Shown here one piece after another: positions 38,433-47,414 of a DNA stretch of 64,000 bases (its first letter is position 1; the number at the start of each line of letters is the position of its first letter). The position numbers were made by a program, and so were the translations under genes. The stretch spans positions 25,204 to 89,203 of the forward strand of contig PDQK01000027.1 of assembly GCA_002746685.1 (NCBI GenBank). Direction: 5' to 3'. Source of the stretch: Desulfobulbus propionicus (GTDB lineage: Bacteria > Desulfobacterota > Desulfobulbia > Desulfobulbales > Desulfobulbaceae). The notes beneath the pieces were generated by a model that saw nothing but the letters and a program-made list of their open reading frames with translations, ran no database searches and had not been told where the DNA came from.

Positions 38433-39965
38433 ATGGCAATTACAATTAACACAAACGTAGCTTCTCTCAACGCACAACGTAACTTAGGCACAAGCCAAAG
38501 TAACCTTAACACGTCCATGCAGCGTCTCTCTTCCGGTCTTCGGATCAACTCTGCCAAGGACGATGCAGCAGGTCTTGCAATTTCTGACCGCATGACCTCT
38601 CAAATCCGTGGTCTGAACCAGGCTGTTCGGAACGCAAACGATGGTATTTCGCTGGCCCAAACCGCTGAAGGTGCCATGCAGGAAAGCACCAACATCCTGC
38701 AGCGCATGCGTGAATTGGCGGTCCAATCAGCAAACGACTCCAACACCGCATCCGATAGAGCCTCACTGCAGAAGGAAGTCAATCAGTTGCAGCAAGAGCT
38801 TGATCGTATTGCCAACACCACTTCATTTAACGGAAAGAAAGTTCTTGATGGTTCTTTCGCATCCCAAAGCTTCCAGGTCGGTGCCAACAAAGGTGAAACC
38901 ATCAGTTTTTCTGTTGGCGATGCACGCTCTTCCCAGATGGGGTCAAATCAGGTTCAACTCTCAGGCCGCCTCAATGAGTCCTGGGGTACAGATGCGAGTA
39001 CAGCTGCTGACAACTTCGCTGGTGTTACCAGTTCCGTGGTTGCAGGTGAGGACCTAACCATCACCGGTTCACTCGGGACAGAGACCGTAGATGTTGGCGC
39101 AGGTACTTCTGCATACACCATCGCAGACCAGATCAACAAGGTTTCTTCATCCACCGGTGTCTCCGCCTCTGCTGTTACCCAGGTAAAACTGGATAACCTG
39201 GGAGGAAGTGGTATCTTTACCTTTAATCTTAACGGTGCCAATACAGCGGGTGCTGACGCAGAAAGTTTTTCCGTTAACATCGCTAACCAGAATGACCTCT
39301 CTGCCCTGCGTGATGCCATTAATAACAAGGCCTCTGTCACAGGAATCACTGCAAAGCTTGACAACGACGGTGCGGTTATCCTGACCAATACAGAAGGACA
39401 TGATATCGTCATTTCCGACTGGACGGAATCCGGTGGTGCAGATGCCAACATTGAGGTCACAGGTCTTGACGCAAGTGGGGCAGAAAAAGGGAGTGCCATT
39501 GCCTTGGACAGTGATGATGCCGGTGCTGACTCTGTTAGAGTTGGCGGCTCATTAACCTTTGATTCGGCTAAATCCTTTACTGTAAACTCAGCGCAGGCAG
39601 CAGGTGCAAATAACGGACTGTTTACTGCTCAAGTAAACGGTTCAGCCCTCAAAAACGTTGCCAGCGTGGATATCGGGACACAAGCAGGGGCAGAAAATGC
39701 TCTTGCGGTTATTGATGGTGCTATCAGCTTCATCGATGATGAACGTGCAAACCTTGGTGCGATTCAAAATCGATTTGAATCAACCATTGCAAACCTGCAA
39801 AACATATCCGAAAATGTTTCCGCAGCTCGTTCACGAATTCTTGACGCAGATATTGCAGCTGAAACCTCCAACATGACCAAGCAGAATATCCTGCAGCAGG
39901 CTGGTGTTTCCATCCTTGCTCAGGCAAATCAGGCACCCCAGTTGGCCCTGAGCCTGCTCGGTTAA
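38433..39965 (+). CDS. fliC: Flagellin 2
   Basis: Same conserved flagellin termini, divergent central domain. Confidence 0.97.
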   Translation: MAITINTNVASLNAQRNLGTSQSNLNTSMQRLSSGLRINSAKDDAAGLAISDRMTSQIRGLNQAVRNANDGISLAQTAEGAMQESTNILQRMRELAVQSANDSNTASDRASLQKEVNQLQQELDRIANTTSFNGKKVLDGSFASQSFQVGANKGETISFSVGDARSSQMGSNQVQLSGRLNESWGTDASTAADNFAGVTSSVVAGEDLTITGSLGTETVDVGAGTSAYTIADQINKVSSSTGVSASAVTQVKLDNLGGSGIFTFNLNGANTAGADAESFSVNIANQNDLSALRDAINNKASVTGITAKLDNDGAVILTNTEGHDIVISDWTESGGADANIEVTGLDASGAEKGSAIALDSDDAGADSVRVGGSLTFDSAKSFTVNSAQAAGANNGLFTAQVNGSALKNVASVDIGTQAGAENALAVIDGAISFIDDERANLGAIQNRFESTIANLQNISENVSAARSRILDADIAAETSNMTKQNILQQAGVSILAQANQAPQLALSLLG

Positions 39966-39977
39966 TTTTGATCTTTG

Positions 39978-40014
39978 CTGAAGGAGCCCCAGGGCTCCTT
40001 CAGATTTTTATTTT
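39978..40014 (+). terminator. Terminator after flagellin 2
   Basis: CTGAAGGAGCCC / GGGCTCCTTCAG inverted repeat then ATTTTTATTTT. Confidence 0.8.
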
Positions 40015-40029
40015 ATAGAGGTACATATC

Positions 40030-40374
40030 ATGATGATCGAAGCAGTGGGTATCAACACCGCATCGCCCCCTAAAGCTCATGAGCCTGTTCAAAAAGTGGA
40101 GCAGGAGCAAAAAGCCGTCAAAGAACAGCCTCAGGTCGAGGCTAACGATTCCAAGGTACAGCAGGAAGAACTCATCAGTCAAATTAAATCGCTTACTGAA
40201 GACGGGCTTTATTCGATCCGTTTTGAGCGGGACGATACAGTTAATGAACTGGTAGTAAAGATTGTTGACCATGAAACCGATGAGATAATCAGACAAATAC
40301 CATCAGAAGACCTTATCAATCTCAGCAAACATTTACAGGAACTCAGCGGCAACCTGGTTAACACCGTAAGCTAG
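40030..40374 (+). CDS. flaG: FlaG family protein
   Basis: LVVKIVD.ETDEIIRQIPSE. Confidence 0.92.
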   Translation: MMIEAVGINTASPPKAHEPVQKVEQEQKAVKEQPQVEANDSKVQQEELISQIKSLTEDGLYSIRFERDDTVNELVVKIVDHETDEIIRQIPSEDLINLSKHLQELSGNLVNTVS

Positions 40375-40396
40375 AGAGCCTGTAAGGAGCATTACC

Positions 40397-41785
40397 ATGG
40401 CTATTCAATTCAGCGGTTTAGCATCAGGGATGGACACCGGTACCATCATCGAACAGTTGATGAATATAGAACGTCTTCCTGTAGCAGGTCTGGCAGCAGA
40501 CAAAACGTGGATGAATAACCGCTTGTCTGCATTTACCGAGTTGGATTCTCGCCTGAAATCCTTTTTGGGCTCCATTGAGAAATTAGGTGATGCTGATACA
40601 CTCCAGCAAAGGAGTGTCAAATTAAGCTCAGATGATTTTTTAACCGCATCTGTTTCCAGCGAAGCGCTGGCTGGAACAAGTTATCAGGTTGAAGTCGTTA
40701 GTCTTGCTCAGGTACAAAAATCCGTTTCTGCAGGCGGGTTTGCGAGTAAAGAGAGTTCTTCGTTTGGTACGGGTACTCTGGATTTTATGGTCAATGGCAC
40801 CAGCCACTCAATAGAAATCACCAGTGAGAACAATTCACTGGAAGGCATCATGAACGCCATAAATGATGCTGATATGGGTTTGTCTGCTGCTATTATCAAT
40901 GATGGCAGCAACTCCCCCTATCGACTGACATTGACGGGTGAAAATGTAGCCCAATCTTTTTCCATGAATGATAGTGGGTTAACTGGGGGGACAGATACCA
41001 TTGGTGTCATTGAAGATGAAACTGGTACAACTAATCCACCAGTCAGCCAGGCTACTCAGGCCCATATAAGGGTCGATACCATTGACATTTACAGTGATTC
41101 AAACACACTGAGCGAAGCAATTCCTGGCGTAACCCTAGACCTGCTTCAGGCAGAGGTGGGGGAGACAACGCAGTTAAGTATTTCCCTCGACAAGACTGCG
41201 ATTATATCAAAAATTTCTGCCTTTGCCACTGGTTACAATGAGGTGATGAGCTTTATCACAAGCCAGTCAGTAATCAACGGGGAAGGAGGCGGCCTGCTTG
41301 GCGGTGACTCTGGGATAAATTCCATAAAAAGGCACCTCCAATCCATGCTCACAGATACATTTGAAAACTCTGGAAATTTCATAGCACTTTCAGAACTTGG
41401 CTTTGAAACCCAAAAAGATGGGACACTGACGGTAAATGATGAAACATTATCAACAGCTGTTAATGAAAATCTGGAGAGCGTAGTCAGCCTTCTTTCAGGT
41501 GACGGAGAGAAAGGTGGACTGGCAGCTCAATTTACACAATACCTTGAATCCATGACAAATTCTACCACCGGTATGCTCGCTGGCAGAAAAGAATCGATCA
41601 ACTCAGGTATTGATCGAATAGATGACCGTATAGAAATGATGGAAATGCGGCTGGCAAAACGACAAGCAACACTTGAGTCACAATTTGCAGCCATGGAACA
41701 GCTTGTGAGCAGTATGAATTCAACGTCATCGTACCTCACACAACAGATGACAAGTATTTCCAATATGATGAATAAGGACAGATAA
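40397..41785 (+). CDS. fliD: Filament cap protein FliD
   Basis: SGLASGMDT..IIEQLM..ER, SNTLSEAIPGVTL, QFAAMEQ. Confidence 0.96.
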   Translation: MAIQFSGLASGMDTGTIIEQLMNIERLPVAGLAADKTWMNNRLSAFTELDSRLKSFLGSIEKLGDADTLQQRSVKLSSDDFLTASVSSEALAGTSYQVEVVSLAQVQKSVSAGGFASKESSSFGTGTLDFMVNGTSHSIEITSENNSLEGIMNAINDADMGLSAAIINDGSNSPYRLTLTGENVAQSFSMNDSGLTGGTDTIGVIEDETGTTNPPVSQATQAHIRVDTIDIYSDSNTLSEAIPGVTLDLLQAEVGETTQLSISLDKTAIISKISAFATGYNEVMSFITSQSVINGEGGGLLGGDSGINSIKRHLQSMLTDTFENSGNFIALSELGFETQKDGTLTVNDETLSTAVNENLESVVSLLSGDGEKGGLAAQFTQYLESMTNSTTGMLAGRKESINSGIDRIDDRIEMMEMRLAKRQATLESQFAAMEQLVSSMNSTSSYLTQQMTSISNMMNKDR

Positions 41786-41793
41786 GGGAAATT

Positions 41794-42258
41794 ATGAGCG
41801 CCTACACCAACCAATATCTGGTCAATACTGTTAATTCGGCCTCACCAGAACAACTCATGCTGATGCTTTATGATGGAGCGATTCGTTTTCTGAGCCAGGG
41901 TATCATTTCCATTGAAAACGGGATGCTTGACAAGCGAGCTTATTTCATCAACAAAGCTTCAGCTATCATTTCCGAATTTTCCGCCACCTTGGACCGCAGT
42001 CAGGACGCAGAGCTTGCTGACAACCTTGATGCACTCTACGGATACATGTTGAACCGTCTCCTGGACGGGAATAAAAATAATGATACCGAGGCACTGATAG
42101 AAGTAAAAAATATGCTCAGTGATTTGCGATCAACCTGGGGACAGGCAATAGAGAGAAACAAACTGGAAAAGAGTGGACGGGCGGCAACAGCTTACCCTGG
42201 CACCACAACGGATACCCCCTCGCCTGAAGAACATAAATCAATAGCCACAGCAATGTAA
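41794..42258 (+). CDS. fliS: Flagellin chaperone FliS
   Basis: ASPEQLMLMLYDGAI, NL.ALY.YM. Confidence 0.96.
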   Translation: MSAYTNQYLVNTVNSASPEQLMLMLYDGAIRFLSQGIISIENGMLDKRAYFINKASAIISEFSATLDRSQDAELADNLDALYGYMLNRLLDGNKNNDTEALIEVKNMLSDLRSTWGQAIERNKLEKSGRAATAYPGTTTDTPSPEEHKSIATAM

Positions 42259-42259
42259 A

Positions 42260-42655
42260 ATGAGCGTTATTGAAAAAACAGTAGACACCTACCGGATTAT
42301 TCTGTCCCAGTTACACGACATTGAACAGTTACTCCATGGTGGGCACAACATCGACCTGCTCATGGAGAAGTACCGTGAGATGGTAAGCAATCAAAATGAA
42401 GCAAAAAAACTGGACCAGGAAGTACTCAGGATATTGAGTATTGCTCATGATCAACAAAATGATTCCAAGATCAAAGACATGCTTGATCTGATGCAGGACA
42501 TCCAGCATAAAAACCGACAATTAGCCCCTAAATTGCAGAGTATCATGGCGATAACACGCGAAGAATTAAAAAAAATAAGTACCGGCAACACCATGATGCG
42601 GCGCTATCACTCCAATACCGATAGAACAGGCGGCCATATATCCACTGCAGGGTAA
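42260..42655 (+). CDS. Helical hypothetical protein, FliT/FlgN-like chaperone by position
   Basis: All-helical 131 aa immediately after fliS. Confidence 0.55.
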   Translation: MSVIEKTVDTYRIILSQLHDIEQLLHGGHNIDLLMEKYREMVSNQNEAKKLDQEVLRILSIAHDQQNDSKIKDMLDLMQDIQHKNRQLAPKLQSIMAITREELKKISTGNTMMRRYHSNTDRTGGHISTAG

Positions 42656-42793
42656 TCCTCCTGCTGTGTTTTTACTCGACAACCACCCGCTTTTCCTTAT
42701 CTTTTTTCGCTTTTCCTTGAAAAAGTTCTTTGCTATTTGCCTATCCTGTGGCACTCTAAAAATAAAGTTCATCTTTTCCATTTGAGGTTCCCA

Positions 42794-43483
42794 TTGCAGG
42801 CGTTACAGGATTTTTTCTCCAAGGTAGAAGATAAAAAAGCTGTTCGGGTTACGCTTCCCGTCACAGGCGGGAAGCAGTATGAACGACTCCAATGCGTATA
42901 TGGGAAAGATACTCCGCCCTGCTTTTTGCTTTACTTTCCAGATACCTGCCTGACCGCGCTGTCTTTGCAGCCTGAAGAAAACGCTGTTGTAACAGTTGAT
43001 ATTGCTGGTCAGGCTATTTCAGTTACTGTCACCATCAGTGCAATTATTGATGACAGCACTCTCAAAGTGGAAGCACAGTCTGTCACCAGCCACGAACAGG
43101 AGCGTAATTATTTCCGGGTTGATGCCAGCGCACCCATTGTTGCGGCTCCAATCGTAAGTGGCCTGCAGGTTGAAGACAAAGAGAGCTGGGTACTGGAAGG
43201 GGAAACCATGGATTTGAGCGGCAGCGGTGCCTTATGCTCCTTTCCCAAGCCCCTTGAGCGTGGGAAAAAAATCCGTATTGCCCTTATTCTGCCCACAGGA
43301 ATCATGGAAGAAATCCAGATTATTGGCAGCGTGGTTCGGTGTAAAAAGATTCATGATGAGCTGTATCATATTGGGCTTAGCTTTGATGGACTCACCAGTG
43401 AGAGCAGGGACAAAATTATGGGCAGCTGTTTTGAACTGCAGCGCAAGCACTTACGCCTAAAAGTACACGTTAAGGATACTTAA
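42794..43483 (+). CDS. PilZ-domain c-di-GMP receptor (flagellar brake-like)
   Basis: ERNYFRV (RxxxR) and DLSGSG (DxSxxG); TTG start after GAGG assumed, ORF open from 42737. Confidence 0.85.
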   Translation: MQALQDFFSKVEDKKAVRVTLPVTGGKQYERLQCVYGKDTPPCFLLYFPDTCLTALSLQPEENAVVTVDIAGQAISVTVTISAIIDDSTLKVEAQSVTSHEQERNYFRVDASAPIVAAPIVSGLQVEDKESWVLEGETMDLSGSGALCSFPKPLERGKKIRIALILPTGIMEEIQIIGSVVRCKKIHDELYHIGLSFDGLTSESRDKIMGSCFELQRKHLRLKVHVKDT

Positions 43484-43508
43484 TAAACCTCAAACACATA
43501 GTGTAAAC

Positions 43509-44183
43509 GTGGGAAAAATAGAGGAATTAGTCGAAAAATTAAGGGATGGTTCTGAAGCCGTTCTTGATCTGACCGATAAGAATGGTAATACACACCGCCT
43601 GAATGCATTGTATGCGCAAGGCGACACACCTCGTTTTGAGCTTTTTTTCCCACCTAATGCCTGGAAATCAAGTGACTTGGCCCTTGGGGTGAACTGTCAG
43701 GTAATGGTGAGACACAAGGGGGTGGGGGTAAACCTGGTTGCCGAACTTGACCAGATATTAAACAAGCGTCGGTTACAATTTATTGCCCGTGAACCCATTA
43801 AACCAGAAGCATTGCGCGAGTATTTCAGGGTCCTGATCAACACCACTGTTGAAATTGGGTATATTCCAGGCCCCAAAGAAGTAAAAACCAAAAAATGGCA
43901 AATGGTGGGCACCACGGTTGATTTAAGTGCCAGCGGAGTTTTGGGCTTGTTTGCAGAGAAACCCCCTAGCAACAATCGACTCCAGATACGCATTATTGAT
44001 CCGTCAACCTTAACTCCGATTGCCTGTATTGGGCATGTGGTCCGTACCTACAGAATGCGCAAGAAACGATATCAGGTAGCGCTCCACTTTGACAATGTGG
44101 AACAATCTCTACGTGACAAGTTAATAGCCTGTTGCCTTGCTGAGCAGCGTAAGCAGCTTCGGGAGAATGTTGAAGCTGGGTAG
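43509..44183 (+). CDS. Second PilZ-domain protein
   Basis: LREYFRV and DLSASG; same layout as upstream gene. Confidence 0.85.
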   Translation: MGKIEELVEKLRDGSEAVLDLTDKNGNTHRLNALYAQGDTPRFELFFPPNAWKSSDLALGVNCQVMVRHKGVGVNLVAELDQILNKRRLQFIAREPIKPEALREYFRVLINTTVEIGYIPGPKEVKTKKWQMVGTTVDLSASGVLGLFAEKPPSNNRLQIRIIDPSTLTPIACIGHVVRTYRMRKKRYQVALHFDNVEQSLRDKLIACCLAEQRKQLRENVEAG

Positions 44184-44343
44184 TTCAGTTATCATAGGTT
44201 GGATAAAAAAAAGCAGTCTAACAACACAATAACCGCTTAGGTTTCGCAAGCTCAGCGCCAACCTGCCAGCTCTTTGCTTTCTTCATTGTGCTTACCTGGC
44301 TCGGCTCTTGTTTTTCTCAAATCATTTTCTGCCTGAGGCTCTT

Positions 44344-45798
44344 ATGGATTTCCCTCTGCCTCCCGCCTCATTTGTAAACATCCAGCAGCATGACAACCAG
44401 TTGCAAACTCCTGGCGCACAAAAACACCAACCACTCGCTCCAGGTCAGGTGCTCCTGGGAGTTGTCAGGGCTAAAGGTGAGAATACTACCTATCAGCTTG
44501 ATATTGGAGGCAAACAGGTTCTGGCGCAATCTAATCTTCCTCTTCACGTTGGGCAAAAGCTCAATCTGCAGATAACGAAACTTGCCCCTCAGATTGCATT
44601 ACAGGTAATCAGCACTCCACAGACGACCAGACAACTCACCGGTTCCATTCACCTGTTGAGCAAGCAAAGCAGTTTCCTTACCAACCTGACCGAGCTTGCA
44701 TCTCAGGCAAACCAGGCAAACATCAGTCAACCATCACAGCAGACCCTGAAAACTGTAGCGCAACAGGCAAACACCCTCTTTTCTTTGACTGGGCGAGAGA
44801 AAACAGAGGCCGTCACCAACCTGTTCCAACATATCCTCCAGGCGCTCCAACCAGGCAAACCAGCTGTATTGCCACAATCGCCAGCATTGCAAACGACCTT
44901 GCACAATATACTTGGCAGGAGTAATGGGCAAGCCAATGCCGCTCCCCCTGCAGTGAGGCAAATTCTGCAAACTCTTTCTCCAGGCAGTATTATTCCGCTT
45001 ACTGCTCCGTTCAGTCCATTGTCCACCTCTGGAGACCTTGCACAGCTCATCAATTCCAACACCCAGGCTGCACCTCAGGTGCTTACCCTTGCTCAGCAGA
45101 TCTTACGTTTTTTCACCGCACAAACAACGGTTGCGCCATCGTCTGAATTGCACGCATTAATCAGCCTTGGACTGCAGCAGAGTAGTGATACCCGGGAGCC
45201 AACCGGCCAGGCCCTCCACCAGCTTGTTGATCGACTTGGCCTCAACATGGAGCAACTCCTAGCCCAAGGTAAGCGGGAAGAAGCAGTACAAACCTTGAAA
45301 TTTGCGCTGCTTGAGCTGGGCCAACAGCTCACTGGCACCACCACATCTGGTGAGCAGGCAAACCAGATGCTCCAGACTGTAGAATTGTACCAGATGCTGC
45401 AGGTGAAATTAGCAAGCGAAGCCATCTTTTTTATGCCGCTGCCCCTTCCTTTTCTTGATCAAGGGTATTTGATCATCGATCAACAGCCAGAACAAGAGAA
45501 TCAGGGGCAAAACGAGGGAGAAACAACAACACAGTACACCCTCCATCTCCAGCTTGAAGGTCTCGGTAATCTGCGTATTGAAATCAAACAGCGGGAAACC
45601 AGCGCAGATATCAATTTTTACGGGGAAGATCAGCAAAAAATGGCCTTCATGAGAGAACATAAGGAAGAGTTGGCGAGGTGGCTGACTGCCATAGAGCTTT
45701 CTTCAGCCCAATTTTTTACAGGAGCAGAAAATCCTGCTCAAGCGTTACTCAAAAACATAGCAAATGCTCCAGCAGGAATGATAAACACCCAGGCATAA
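44344..45798 (+). CDS. FliK-like protein (second T3S4-type domain)
   Basis: Q/P-rich; C-terminal LHLQLEGLGNLRIEI...ELARWL; paired with FlhB C-terminal-like gene. Confidence 0.6.
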   Translation: MDFPLPPASFVNIQQHDNQLQTPGAQKHQPLAPGQVLLGVVRAKGENTTYQLDIGGKQVLAQSNLPLHVGQKLNLQITKLAPQIALQVISTPQTTRQLTGSIHLLSKQSSFLTNLTELASQANQANISQPSQQTLKTVAQQANTLFSLTGREKTEAVTNLFQHILQALQPGKPAVLPQSPALQTTLHNILGRSNGQANAAPPAVRQILQTLSPGSIIPLTAPFSPLSTSGDLAQLINSNTQAAPQVLTLAQQILRFFTAQTTVAPSSELHALISLGLQQSSDTREPTGQALHQLVDRLGLNMEQLLAQGKREEAVQTLKFALLELGQQLTGTTTSGEQANQMLQTVELYQMLQVKLASEAIFFMPLPLPFLDQGYLIIDQQPEQENQGQNEGETTTQYTLHLQLEGLGNLRIEIKQRETSADINFYGEDQQKMAFMREHKEELARWLTAIELSSAQFFTGAENPAQALLKNIANAPAGMINTQA

Positions 45799-45804
45799 AT
45801 ACCT

Positions 45805-46119
45805 ATGAACCAGGCAGATAAGCGTGAAAAAGCAGTCGCCCTACTCTATGACGAATCAAAGGGCACAGCCCCCGAAGTGGTTGCCAGTGGCAAAGGTGTT
45901 GTCGCGCGTAACATTATTGCAGCTGCCAAGGAAGCCGGGGTATACCTCAAAAAAGATCCTGATCTGGTGGAACTGCTTGCTCAAGTACCCATAGGACAGG
46001 AGTTACCAGCCGAACTGTACCAAACCGTGGCAGAGGTGTTAGCCTTTGTCTATTCCGTAAATGACAAGTTTAAACAAAAAGTTACCCTGCCTGCTGAACG
46101 CAAAAAAACACGTAATTAA
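45805..46119 (+). CDS. FlhB C-terminal-like protein (EscU/YscU family; FlhX/YlqH-like)
   Basis: KAVALLYD..APEVVASGKG.VA..I, PAELYQTVAEVLAFVY. Confidence 0.9.
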   Translation: MNQADKREKAVALLYDESKGTAPEVVASGKGVVARNIIAAAKEAGVYLKKDPDLVELLAQVPIGQELPAELYQTVAEVLAFVYSVNDKFKQKVTLPAERKKTRN

Positions 46120-46294
46120 TACCGACAATTTTCAATACACACCAAAACCACCAGACAAAAAAGGGAAAAAGAAAAAATCACTAAAAACCCCTTCATATAT
46201 CTTTTTTTCTGGCGTATACTCGTTATAACGGAATTAAGTATTAATTTGGGCCTTTTATTTTCATAAACAGCTTTGACGTGCACGAGGTAGCAAT

Positions 46295-46693
46295 ATGAAT
46301 TATGGAGTTGTTAGCCAGGAGCAGCTTGAAAAGATTGACGTAATCCTGAACGAAAAACTCATAAAAATTGGAGTGGACTGCGTTATCATCATCGACATGG
46401 CAGGGAACATTATCACAGCCAAAGATAATGGTACCTCAAAATACGATGTGTACTCCTTTGCTGCCCTTGCTGCAGGTAACTTTGCTACAGTTGATGCCAT
46501 GGCAAAGCTGGTTGGCGAACAGGAATTTTCACTGCTCTTTCACAAGGGAACCGATTGTAACATCCACTTCTCTAAAATTGATGACGAATTGCTGCTCATC
46601 ACCATGTTCGGCAAGAACATTTCCCTTGGCTTTCTCCGCTTAAATGTTGTGGAAACCATTGAGCGAATTAAAAAACTCTGGACCAACCAGTGA
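46295..46693 (+). CDS. mglB: Roadblock/LC7 protein MglB (GAP for MglA)
   Basis: ALAAGNFAT...AKLVGEQEFSLLFHKG...SLGFLRL; adjacent to mglA. Confidence 0.9.
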   Translation: MNYGVVSQEQLEKIDVILNEKLIKIGVDCVIIIDMAGNIITAKDNGTSKYDVYSFAALAAGNFATVDAMAKLVGEQEFSLLFHKGTDCNIHFSKIDDELLLITMFGKNISLGFLRLNVVETIERIKKLWTNQ

Positions 46694-46771
46694 TTTTTAA
46701 GCTGAACACCCCCTCGATTCCATGTATCGCCTTTTCCTCAAGTACGATTCAACCGGCAGTAGGAGAGAGTT

Positions 46772-47377
46772 TTGAGTTTCATAAATCTCAAGGATAAAAT
46801 CGTTCAGGTTAAGATTGTTTATTACGGTCCTGGTCGTGGCGGAAAAACAACCAACCTGGAATATATTAATCGCAAATTCTCCAAGCAAATCATGTCTGAA
46901 ATGGTCAGCCTGAAAACCCATGGCGACCGGACCTTATTTTTCGATTTTCTTCCCTTTAATATGGGACAGATTAAAGGTTATGAATTGAAAATTCAGCTTT
47001 ACACTGTTCCCGGACAGGTAAAATACAACGCTACCAGAAAACTTGTTTTAAAGGGTGTTGACGGCATTGTATTTGTTGCCGATGCTCAGGAACAGATGCG
47101 AGAGAAAAACATCCGTTCGCTCAACCAACTCCACGAAAACCTGAGCGACTATAATGAATCCATTTTCCGTATTCCTTTGGTATTGCAGTACAACAAGGTG
47201 GATTTGCGGAATCAGGGGATCCCCATTTTGCCCATCTCCATTCTGGAAAAGGATCTCAACTCCAAGTTAAAGGTTCCAGCCTATGAAGGCAGTGCACTAA
47301 CAGGGTACAACGTTGCTGAAACATTGAAAAAAATCATTTCATCCACAGTAATCTCAATCCAGAAAAAGCTTCAGTAA
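46772..47377 (+). CDS. mglA: Ras-like small GTPase MglA
   Basis: KIVYYGPGRGGKTTNL, DRTLFFDF, LYTVPGQV, NKVD; TTG start. Confidence 0.95.
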   Translation: MSFINLKDKIVQVKIVYYGPGRGGKTTNLEYINRKFSKQIMSEMVSLKTHGDRTLFFDFLPFNMGQIKGYELKIQLYTVPGQVKYNATRKLVLKGVDGIVFVADAQEQMREKNIRSLNQLHENLSDYNESIFRIPLVLQYNKVDLRNQGIPILPISILEKDLNSKLKVPAYEGSALTGYNVAETLKKIISSTVISIQKKLQ

Positions 47378-47414
47378 AACGTAGGAATCGTACTACTCAA
47401 ATATCGGTCAGGTT

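Noticed and set aside
44297-44312. TGGCTCGGCTCTTGT as sigma54 promoter of the FliK-like gene
   Set aside because: The -12 element reads GT rather than GC; too weak without data
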